Origin: Fimbriosthenelais zetlandica
Lineage: Eukaryota
Direction of reading: 5' to 3'
NCBI GenBank assembly: GCA_977030845.1
Contig: OZ365112.1
Location: forward strand, 16,244,001-16,308,000
DNA length: 64,000 bases
Every line of letters starts with the position of its first letter. The stretch's first letter is position 1. The notes below the pieces were generated by a model. It was given only the letters and a program-made list of their open reading frames with translations. It had not been told where the DNA came from and did not search any database. The position numbers and the translations under genes were made by a program. This document shows positions 1 through 11,199 of the stretch, piece after piece.

Positions 1-226
1 TCACCATCACCCCGGACTTTCAATAACATTAACATTTTCTACCTTTGTCTTGTTTGACATATGCTCTTGTGTATAAGATTTTATATTGGATTCCTGTCAT
101 TTCTTTTGAGAAATGTTTGAGAACAGGCAATTATGTGGCAATCTGTGCTTCAAATGGTACAGTTCCTTGTGAATAAAATGTACTAGATTTTTGTAAAGAA
201 AAAGTAAGTTTGTTCTTATTCCCCAG

Positions 227-276
227 ATCCCTGACATAGAGAATTCCTTCAAAGAATCAAAGCTGCTATTGTTAAA
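227..276 (+). CDS. Penultimate coding exon of an unidentified + strand gene that starts upstream of the window (IPDIENSFKESKLLLL-K)
   Basis: Pyrimidine-rich acceptor ttcttattccccag|ATC. Open frame of 16 codons + 2 nt, then a weak GT donor (AA|gtgaat). Its phase 2 end matches the exon at 925. Confidence 0.4.
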
Positions 277-924
277 GTGAATAAGATTGCCTTATATTCA
301 ACCTCTTGAGTGCTGTCACTTTGTCCAAGCTGTGTATGTGTAAGTCGAACTGTTAACTTACTGAATTTGTGAAGTTGAGTCAATAATGCTTTAACATTTA
401 TAGTCTTTCTTTTGGGGGAGTTTAATTCGGTTTTAATTCCCTTCTAAAGGTGGCAATGTTTTAAGTTATTTACTGTATCTATTTCGGTTCGGCAAATATA
501 TTTCACCCCTGTTGATTGAGTTCCATGCATACATGACATTGTTCCCTGTAGCTGGGTCTGTTATTGAACCCCGTTTTCCCTGCTGGGAGCCAGACTCACA
601 ACAATGGGTCCTAAAGTACTTAAGGATGGAGGTCATTTCGCCTTATTTCCCAAACTGGAGTATCCAACAGTTACTATAGTAGTAGATAAGTGTATATATG
701 GTGATGGAAGCCTTGGTGATGGAAGAAATGTAGATTCATCAACATAATTTGAATATTGAAATCTTTTTGTGTTTCTAAATATCATTTATCAAATGGTCCT
801 GTGATATTTTAAAAAGTAAAATTTCTGGTAAATTCTATACACCTTGTGGACCTATTCTGAACTAGTAGTCTGGTACAGTATCGCCCCCTGTGAGTGTGGA
901 CACAAATCTGTAATGTTTATTCAG

Positions 925-1015
925 AATTTGCCATAGCCTGTATGACAAGCCTCGTCCTCCCAGCCTCACCGGGACAGATACTCCGTCTACATTTGCCACT
1001 GAACAGGCCAGTTGA
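925..1015 (+). CDS. Terminal coding exon of the same + strand gene (ICHSLYDKPRPPSLTGTDTPSTFATEQAS*)
   Basis: Acceptor tgtttattcag|A, phase 2, joins exon 227-276 in frame. TGA at 1013-1015; AATAAA at 1965-1970. No family recognised. Confidence 0.45.
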
Positions 1016-2989
1016 TTTGAGGTGAATGAACATCTTGTACTCCTTTCTTTGGGGATATGCTCATGTGTTATTATATGAATGCTCTTCTGTTATTTTTGAG
1101 ATATTTTCGATGATATTTGTAGAGGAAACTCCATGGGGTCCACATAAATAGACTATTTAGCTTTTCTACCTCCAGGTGGCAGCCGTTGTGTCTCTGTCTT
1201 TGAGGTATATGTGGTTAAGCACAACACACTCACTCAGTTGAAGTTGCTATAATTGTTAATATATATATAACTCAGTAATGACTGTTAGTACTCCTTTATT
1301 ATCCTGTATTGTTTTAATTAACATTAGATATTGTGGCATGAATTACAATATAGATGTACACGTTTCTTGCTTCCCATACATTCCTCAAGGCCACATATTA
1401 GCCATAAATACTGTGTATTTTGTTACACCAGAGGGAGGCTTCAAATCAGGACTCTCCTGTTCAGTGCTTTATCTTGGTGGCTGGGCACCTCACATAGTAA
1501 ATATATATAAACCTTCTGCCATCACAGAAAGACTTTATTTCACATAAAGATTTTGAAACTACGTACATATAGATAAAGCCACTGGTCTAGTCATTTATTG
1601 CACGCTCTACACCGCAAAAAATACATAATATACATAAGTTTTATATTAAATAGTAACAGTTTACCATTCATTATTGAAACATTGATTGGCACTTTTACAT
1701 TTCAATATCCTCTGATAAGAAATATATTTGAAATAATTACAAACTAGCCACTTTATCCCATTTCAGCAGTTAGCAATGGTCCATGCAGTTAGGAGTTATC
1801 TACTTTTAGCTTAGTCTGTTTTCCTCTTGTGAATAATAATGGGAAAACTATATGGACTAGATTGGCAAGAGAGTCTTGTTGAACATGCGATCTTTGTTTG
1901 CCATCTATGGGTCCATAGGTTTAGCTGGAAAGACATTTTCTATCATAAAATTGCACCTTATATTAATAAATAGGGGATTACAAAATATCAGAGGAATACC
2001 ACCAATATAACAATCGAACAAAGTCAACATTGATAGCAAGGAACCTTTCTAGAAAATATACATTTTTTAAAATAAATATAATACGTTATTAAACCATACT
2101 TTCACATGGTGTATTTCACAGAAATCCTTGCTTAACTTGAATGGAATTTTGTCTTGGATTTTTTTGTTCAGTTTCATTTTCCATTCATTTCTGTTTTCCT
2201 TCGTTGTATCATGGGTTTCTATGTACACAAATTGTATATGATATCAATTGTAATGCGTGTCTATTTTTATACATGTGAAGTTAGCGTATTCACTAGTAAT
2301 CATGACTTTTACATTGGTCAACCTCAGGTGTTCCTTTTCTACATGAACTAAATACTATAGTATTACATTTCCATTCCAAACTCAGATTATGCTTTTTCTC
2401 CCTGCTGAAAAAAGAGGAAAACTCAGATCTATGGTCCATAATTAGATGCCAGTATATCACAAAATTGAACAACATATTTTTTCCATTCATCTCTTCAGTG
2501 GAAACACTATCAGAACAGGAACTATAGGCTAACATCCACACATAACAAGGAAATCCATAATTAGGCCTATAGTGGGGATTCATGTCAACAAAACTAGATA
2601 TTAATTAAACAATTCCCATACATCAGTAGTGCAAATGCATGATGATCTTGGGTGTTTTTCAGTCATGCAATTGTCTATAATCGTTTGTAAGTTAAATAAT
2701 CCCTTTGACTACTGGAAGCATATCATACCCCTGGTTCCAGACGTTAGAGAGTCCACAAAAGACATTGAACACCATTTATAAATATCTTCAATCATTTCAT
2801 ATCATTCCAAACACTTTATTGTGGAATCATAAATTTAATAAAAACATAATCTCTAGGATCAAGTCAAAACCTGCACAAAGCACTGACTATAATTATGTAT
2901 GTAGTGGGAGTGAAGGCTAAATTGCGCCCCACCCCCGAGGAAAACAGTATCCACAAAGTAATATCAATGTCACTTGAGTTTGAACAAGC

Positions 2990-3078
2990 TCAAAGCAAGC
3001 ACTCCCGTTCATCATCCGTCGAGTGGCCATCATCCGAACTATTTCCATCTGAACTATCTGCTTCATCTTGGCTCCAAT
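2990..3078 (-). CDS. Terminal coding exon of a minus-strand gene (D-WSQDEADSSDGNSSDDGHSTDDERECLL*)
   Basis: Acceptor tttactttcactgacag|AT, phase 1. Its acidic Ser/Asp composition continues the exon at 7280-7456. Stop at 2990-2992; AATAAA on the minus strand at 2815-2820. Confidence 0.7.
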
Positions 3079-4049
3079 CTGTCAGTGAAAGTAAATGTAA
3101 ATGTCATAAATAACATGTATTTGCAAAGAAAATAACAAATTATGCCCCATAGTCATAGAACAAGTTTAAAAATATCGATAAAGCACAAGGAGGTTCATGG
3201 GTTTTCTGCAGCTCTATCTTGGGTTATATGTAATTGAACAAATCGTGAGTCGTCCACCTTCATTATTTACTCCCTAAAACAAACAATGTGAAGAGTAATT
3301 AAATTGTTTTCCAACTCTCAATGTTCCCAGCCTGCGAACTGTGCACATTTCTGCTCTCCAATGATACATACAGACCGTGGGACTGGCCTGTCTTCCCATG
3401 GTGGGTAATAGGGCTCGTGGGAGAGTGAGTCTTGTTTCTCAGGAACAAATAATACAAGCGTTTAGAACGATGTCCACATAAGTTCTGACATTTTCAAATA
3501 CCATTTCAATACAACATAGACGAATGCAACTATATGGATATATTTCTTTTTCCCAGTGTCCTCAGGCATAGAAACTTCCCTGCTTGGTTTTTCCGCCTTG
3601 ATCATTGACATTATAAAATGGTTCATCAGAAGCAATATGTACCAGCGACTTCTTCACTTGTTTGGTACAACCTCGTGTCATGAACGTGAGTAGAAAACCT
3701 TTATCTCGCCACTCCATGGGACATAAACTGTCATATAAATATCTTATAATGTTTTGTTCATTAATGTTTCAGATACATTCTGTGCTGGCTTTCCATTTGA
3801 TATAACAACTTGAGAATGCAGTGTGCTCAGATGGTTGCGTGATTTATTTCCCCTTTCATCCATATCTTTTCTTGATATTGCTGTCTGTCATCCTCAATGT
3901 GTATTTATTGAATGATATTCCTTATAGCATCACCTCCTTATAAACACAGGATAAAAGAACATTTATTTTTAAATCCATCTGCCCATGCATCCATCTGAGG
4001 ACTAAGCCATACAGGAAGTATGGAGGTGGAGCCTCTGTCTATATGACCA

Positions 4050-5620
4050 CTTAACAGTAAAGCTGCCCACTATCCCGCCCAATCTGGTCTTGATGTGAAT
4101 GATAAATGGCATTAGGAAGCGACCAACACTGCTGGCTCTACCCCTTATTGGAAAGCTCCCCACCAAGACCACTAGTTCGATACAAGCCTAATACCCGAGC
4201 AAGAGTGTCCACCCAGCCCCATATAGACTACTTCTCTCTATTGCGACCAAACCAAATAAAACCAGGCCTGACCTTTCTCTTGCCAACACAGGGGCGTTAG
4301 AATGCCAGGTCTATCTGGTGAAAGTATCAAATTGTTTGCTACCTGCTCGAGGTGAGGAGGACATTTGGCTGGTTGCCCTGCAGACTGGGGCTCCAACGCA
4401 CTTAATCTATGTAGCTGAATCCCATATATAGAATAGTTTATCATGGGATTAAATGTATCCATATCGTCCATGCTCAGCAAGTATTGATATTCCTGGTTTT
4501 CCAAATTTAAAATGTGACAGAGGTTAGCCAAAGCAATGCCTTGTAGTAAAGCCAATATCGAGCATAAATATAGTGGTTCCTGGGGCCTGACCTTTCAATG
4601 GATTTTTACATCCACTTTATATGGAGTAATATGATTTGTAAATGTTATATTGATTGCATACTGAAGCTATTTCACTGAAAATCTCAATAAATCTATCAAT
4701 ATGTGAAAGGCCTACCCGGGGACCTACCATGGCCGAGATTTCTCCATGCAGCAATGGCAGCTTTACTTAATTCGTATATTTCATTTGGCAAGCCTATAGG
4801 ATCAGTGTCTTGGCTCTTCTCTAAGGGTTCCTTGGCATTACTGGGTTGATATGCCTTACGCTAATCTTATTGACATTTCAATTAAGGTCTGGGTGGTCCG
4901 GTATCAGCCGAGGCCATAATCTCATCAGTAATCGAGGAATTGCTTCCTGCCCTGCCCGTTTGAGAGGGCAATAGATCCACCACCCGCACAACACAGCATT
5001 CTTAACCATTTTATCAGTCTTTATTGTTATATCCAGAGAGTTCCTGCCATACCGTTAGAATGGTAACGTTACATTCTTTAGCTGTCACGTCATTCTAGAT
5101 TGCAGGCGATCTGGAAGTTGTGGTATTCACTTTGGGGGTATTTTCGTATGGGTCCCTCTTTTAAATTAAGATAGGGAAAGATATGGCATAGTTCTTTTCT
5201 TTACAGAGAGGGTTGTGTTGGAAGACTGTATATTGTATATCGCAGGGACACATGGGAAATCAACGCAGCTTGCTCATAAATGTTGACTTAAGGCATGGGC
5301 TGATGGATAAAGGTGACAGAGATTGCCTGGGATATTTTCATCCACCTCAGGGAATTGGGTATGTTTGGAATACATTCATTTACACAAAAAATCCAATGTT
5401 GAAGTGCACCTGTAGCGCTTGGCGCTCGATCTCCCATGTTAAATAGTTGGGGCTCTATCTCATCTCTTATGGAGATTGAAAGGTGCCTAATGGTTACATA
5501 AACTTCTTGTAACCTAATTCCGGTGAAAGTTATATACTGGACATTACTGTACAGCTTACAGATGCCTGGCAAGTTTTCCAGAATCGACATGGTCTTAGTG
5601 TGGGTATAGACATGTATTGT
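4050..5620. mobile_element. Decayed coding-like block in an intron, probably an old retroelement or viral remnant; family not assigned
   Basis: Higher GC than its flanks, with several 60-105 aa stop-free stretches broken by stops and frameshifts. No diagnostic RT, integrase or transposase motif identified. Confidence 0.25.
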
Positions 5621-7279
5621 GCATGTGAGAAAGACATTTTATATGGAAGCTGAAGACAAATATTTTTGAGGTTCATTGCCGGTAGACGGTAGGTTGTAAA
5701 TATGACGTATGGTTAATTATTTCTTACCTTTGCATCACTGTTTTCAGCGTATTCATGATTCATGTTTAAAACATTGAAATAACTCTGATGAAAAATTAGC
5801 TTAAGGGTTAGTTTTTTTCCTGTTAGCTTTATCCCCACCCTTTAGTTGAGTACTTGCCTACTGTTGGTAGTATATTAAGTTTTGATGCACATCAATGTAG
5901 ATTGTAGTGTAGCATCTACGACATGAAATGACATTGAGTGAACATAAAATGAGTCTGTAATATTTCAGACACTTAAATGTATACGACACCTAAACATTAT
6001 GTAAACCTACATAGCCTGCTACCACCAGAACCTATACCGAATATTAATTCTTAGATATAGTTAGTTATATGAAAGCACTCGGTTTGTGAAGAAGCCATAT
6101 TACCAAACCATGCAATTTTGAACAGGCAAACCATTTTTAAGGGCTAACATGAAAGTGCTGGTAAGGTTTACAAAAGCACCAATATACTTAATCCAAAATC
6201 ATGTGGAGATACATGTTGGCAAGCAATTGAATTTGTAAAGGTGCCTTTGAAAGGATTAAGAGATGGTAGAGTAGAAGAAACGAAACACAACTAATCAAAC
6301 ACAAAAATCTAATTACCCAGGGATAGCCCATCATCTTGACACTCGTATTCTGTCAATAAAATAAGGATAATATATAAATTACTGTTAAATTCCCAGACTT
6401 GCAAGTCTAACCATGCCTTATAAACCAACTAAAAACATTGCATAAATAATATGACTGGATAGAACATAAATTTTGGGGCGACTGGGATATATTTAACTTT
6501 TGCACCCATTTACTCTGAATACAAAAATCGATCAGATTGGTTTTCAGTAGCACTGCAATTGGAAACTAAATGTATAACAGAAGCACATCGATCATAAGCG
6601 AGAAAGATATTTTTGTTACAGTATATACGGATATTTTTGTTATTTACATAAGTATGGCCTTCATTTCTGTCAATGATTGTCTTATACTATGCTTTTTTGA
6701 GGTTTTAGGACAAATTTGAACAGGTGAACACATTCCACCTTTCGGCATATTTTCAGGCTATTGAGTCACTGCGTGGGAAGCAAGCCTTAGTATGATAACA
6801 AACCCGAAGTATACCTTAATATGGTACCAAAGTTGAGAGTTTATTGTGAAATATTTTAATTAATATTATTTTTTAACTATACTAGTCAAATCTTAGCCTA
6901 TATTTAGATCTAATTTACGCTAGTATTGAACTATATTTTCCTTTCAGTGTAAAATCGTTAGAAACAGCGTTTTCTAACAGAATAACTGCATTTCTACATA
7001 ATAATAACAATTTGTGACAACACATCACTGCTATTTGCCTGAAATATCTATCATTTTTTTTACTGTAGATTTTCAAATATTGATGTTAGTACTGGGACCG
7101 GAATACATACCTCCTTTTGTATCGAAGTGCATGAACCATCAGTTAAAAGGTAAGGAATTTATTTTTTTAGTTCATGCAGTATTATATGATTATATTGCTT
7201 ATAGTATTGTAGCAAACAGAGAGTAAAGTTTGGAAATAGTTTTTGTTTTTAGTGAAAAACAAATCTTTATTTCACCTAC

Positions 7280-7456
7280 CACATTCGCTATCTGAATCAT
7301 CTTCGTCTGAGTTGTCAGAATCATCACTGCTTTCACTAAGGTCCTTGTCTATCTTGTCAGTATTTTGAGGTACAGATGATGTCCTTTTGTCCCCTGGGTC
7401 AGCTGTCTCCAGTTTCTGATAGCCTTTCCCTGTAGATCGCCCAACATCTTGTGCAC
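7280..7456 (-). CDS. Internal exon of the minus-strand gene (GAQDVGRSTGKGYQKLETADPGDKRTSSVPQNTDKIDKDLSESSDDSDNSDEDDSDSEC)
   Basis: Acceptor ccttctatgattacag|GT and donor G|gtaggt. 177 nt, phase 1-1, open frame with biased acidic composition. Confidence 0.75.
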
Positions 7457-7949
7457 CTGTAATCATAGAAGGTCATGTTCCAGTTATATTATATGTAACA
7501 CAGTTCTATGGACATTGAAGGAAACTCCTATATTTTCCACTGTTTCCATAAAACATAATCGACATTAGTTCAGTATAGCCATGGACAGAAGTGCCACAGT
7601 TATGTGTAGAAAGAAGCAGCCTAGGCAGATCAAATGCGATAATCTTGTAACCTTTACCGAAACCCATGCTTAAGGGAGAGGGCGGGCGCTGTGCTAACAT
7701 GAATTGTTTAGACAAAGCTTGTCGGAGATCCTCTTTAAAAGTCAAGGCAAAACATTGTATGTGAAAAATGGGATGTAAAAAGAAACTAGTCTGGTGGATA
7801 CACAATGTAAAGATCTAGATGCCAAGTGACATTCTTTTTACCTCAAATCACACAAAAGGAAATACAATCTGAATGTCCCTCAAGGTAGTACAAAGGCTTG
7901 GCATTACTGTCAACCCCATTCACTAGGTCTCATAAGAAATTCCCATTAC

Positions 7950-8195
7950 CCCAATTCCAAGTGACATGGCAGGTAATATCATAGTCGTCTGCGTCTATGG
8001 ACCCTGAATTCCTTTGCATCTGAACTAATACTATTAGCACTGCTTGCAGCTCATTCCCTATTTCGTGGCACGACTGGGTATACCTTTCTGCCTTACTTCC
8101 TTTCACCGAAACCATGGTCCAATTATTCCTGTCATTGACCTTGCCTTCATGGCGCCACTCAGGGCCTCCCCCACCCCCATTGGGAGCATTTAGGG
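7950..8195 (-). CDS. Internal exon of the minus-strand gene (LNAPNGGGGGPEWRHEGKVNDRNNWTMVSVKGSKAERYTQSCHEIGNELQAVLIVLVQMQRNSGSIDADDYDITCHVTWNW)
   Basis: Acceptor ctacttctctaccaatag|CC and donor G|gtaatg. 246 nt, phase 1-1, in frame with the exon at 7280-7456. Confidence 0.6.
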
Positions 8196-10028
8196 CTATT
8201 GGTAGAGAAGTAGATAGGGCTGGGTGAATTGGGGGCGAGGGTCAGCCGGGAACTGCTGCTCAAATCTCTCGCTATAACCTCCGAGGTAGAAAAATGATAT
8301 AATGTAACAGATTCATTACATGTCTCGAACAATCATCACTCTATTCATGCCTGGTGAATAATATATTGCCGTTATGCCATTCTTTATATTGGTAGCTGAT
8401 TCAGCTTCTTGTAGGCCTATGCACATTTTACATTGTCACACAAGTAGTCTTCAATTTGGTAGCAATATCTACTTGGCATCTCTCTGCGTAAGAAAATGTA
8501 TTGCTTGTAGGATCTCTTAAAACCTAAAGCAATCTCCCCATAATGTTATTTATATACCTATCTTGAAGTATTAGTGACACCAACTGGAAATTAAACTGGA
8601 AGAAGCTAGCAAATACACCTGTCATGGGCATAACTGAAAAAAACAATACCCGGATTTCCCCATCATTTTCATATACTACTTGTATCGGTGTAGATGAGCT
8701 AAATCAAGATAGGACTCTTGAAAAGAAAGGATATCCAGCAAAAAACGGAACTTTGACGTATGATCATTGCAAACCATTCGATTGTTACAATTGTCATTGC
8801 CAACCTCGCCCCTCTTGTGTTTGACATCCCTGTTCAGGTGAAGATAAACCTGAGAATGTAGGTCAGGCTACATTGACACCCTGTTCGAAGTAATATTATG
8901 TATATGGGCATTGAATGAGAATGAAGCGAGATGTATTATGTGAGGATCAGATGTCCTTCCGGTTGCACCTTTTGTGGATGGTCATACTGCCTGGGCTGTC
9001 ATATATATATAGCAAGCTGTAGCCTAATGTAATGTACATGTATCTGAAGAAGCTTGACTTGATAAATGATCGATTATTCATCAAAGATTTAACAAAACAC
9101 TTGCAAAATATGTTGTATTCTTCTGTTGCTGATGACAGTTTATGTCCAATTTGTGTAATGGACTTACATGTATAATGTGATTGGCTATCTACAGTGAACT
9201 ATATTGATAGTGGTATGACAGAGCTGCTTATAAATGACATTATTTTAACACTGAAAGCCTGAAGGTACCTTCCACCAGATCCTGTATAAGTTATAAGTTT
9301 CTGCTCACGAGAATATGATTGATCGAACCAAAGGAAATTATTTCAAAAGCACAGGATATTCTGCCTGAATGAACATTCTTCCCTAATAAAAGGGTCCTTC
9401 AATTTTCCTTCCACGCAAAAAGGAATTGACACTCTTAAAACATAACACAATGCGTGTGTACTTGTTTTGCCAAGGTTCTGGCAAAAAATATGACTGCGAA
9501 AACAATTTCCAGAGAAATAATTACCGAAGAAGTGCTGTTAAAATAAAGGCGCTGGGTCTTTCCTGAGGTAAAGGTAATACACTCTGCTGGGGACGGCAGT
9601 CACTGCTGCCTCCCATACTTCGTTATTTTAATGCTTCCATCCCAGAGCTTATCTTAGAACAGGCAAAGCTGAGTCACGTGACATTCTGAAGAGCTCATTA
9701 GAGTAGCTCATGGCAATTGTTATCAATACCGCATTATTTCTAGTTAAACAGGGATGAGATAGCCCCAGTCCTGATTGACATTCTTAAGATTGATCAATAT
9801 TTACATGTAGGGGACGTCAAATTATGAAACTGTGCCATTCATATTAAATGATAGCTGTAAATGTATCTTCATTCAAATCGCATATATCACATTTGTATAC
9901 AGAATTGTGTCAGTCATGTGCTTTAAAATGTAATCCCTATTGCAAATAGAGGGTAGTCTATATTAAAGGCTTGACTTTATGAGGTGTCCTTGTACTGTAG
10001 TCAGTCAATAAGGTTCATCACAGAAAAA

Positions 10029-10100
10029 CACGTAGGATGGAAGGAGACGAAGATCTTGGCACGAGATGTGGTTTACTGATCGAAGAACGCGTGATCTCCT
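10029..10100 (+). mobile_element. Gypsy/Ty3 LTR-retrotransposon integrase zinc-binding (HHCC region) fragment, inactivated
   Basis: Translates HVGWKETKILARDVVY*, matching the H-x-G-x3-TK-x2-AR-x2-VYWP pattern, with TGA where Trp (TGG) is expected. Confidence 0.5.
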
Positions 10101-10849
10101 ATTCATGGGGGACCCAGACACTTAAAACAATATCAGTAAAGTCGATATAGAAGCTCATACGAACATCCTTACAATGTATGACCTTCAATGGCAATGCCGT
10201 ATTTTGTGTTTAATCTGATATTTAATATTATTGAAAGACTATGCAGCCAATCATTTTAAAAGCTCAGATCAAATAGTAAATCAATCGGTGAATAAGTTGT
10301 ATTTTGACTTTTCCTAACAGGCAATCCAAGAAAAACGGGAAATCTCGATCGAGACCATCACCTGCCTCAGGCATCTGAGTCCTATGGCGTAGTTCGACCT
10401 ATTGACACAGGAGCATTCCAGGGGGATTTACAAGATAATTAACTTCAGTCCAGACACTCCTGGGGCCTTTTCACCACAGGCAAAGGGTAAGTATGGACAT
10501 TCCTAATTGGTTTCCTAAATTCATTCCAGGCTGACCATATATGTCTATAGACAAGGAACAAGTTTTCAAACATATATACATTTCCGTTAGATTTAAATCT
10601 GGCTATTGTCAGATTCATATATTATCTTCATTGTAGATAAATGAATATTCACATTGTAGTAGTTGACGGCACACTCAGGTTCATAGTAGTGTCTAATATG
10701 TTAAAGGCACTGTTGTGGTATCTAATATTATAAGAGCCTAATATTATGAGAGCCAGCTAGGAGAAAAACTGGTCAAATAACACAAGCTGGGGGGAAATGT
10801 ACAAACACGATGTAGGAAATTGAGGCATCCGTACATTTTAATCTTATAC

Positions 10850-10976
10850 CGTTCATTGATGGCTGATGAAAAAAAACCGAGAGCATTTAACATAGAAAAC
10901 TGTGTTACAATCTGACTGTCTTTGCTGCGCGCAGATGTTCCTGCCACGCTGTTGACCTTGGTGCCAGTAACTATTA
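10850..10976 (-). CDS. Probable internal exon of the minus-strand gene (VIVTGTKVNSVAGTSARSKDSQIVTQFSMLNALGFFSSAINER)
   Basis: Acceptor gtgtctgtttcag|TA and donor CG|gtataa. 127 nt, phase 1-2. Needs one more exon (candidate at about 8787-8829) to join the phase-1 exon at 8195. Confidence 0.5.
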
Positions 10977-11199
10977 CTGAAAACAGACACACTGTCTTAA
11001 TACTGGACCCACTTTAAACACGAGCTAAAATCACGTACAGAGAGAGGAGACTAGCCAATCAAGCTCGCCCACTCTCGACTTGTGGATAAAGGCAGAGGGA
11101 TGCCAGAAGGAGACCTTGGCCAAGAAGCCTCATGCTTGAGGCAAGTCAGGCAAGAGCAAATGTACAAGGTGAATTAGCTGTTCTATGTCATGGATATTT

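Noticed and set aside
181-226. Strong donor AAA|gtaagt at 204 just before the acceptor at 226
   Set aside because: The implied intron is only 23 nt, too short for spliceosomal removal.
2990-3004. C-terminal ECLL* as a CaaX prenylation or PTS1 signal
   Set aside because: The Cys is third from the end, not fourth, and CLL lacks the basic middle residue of PTS1.
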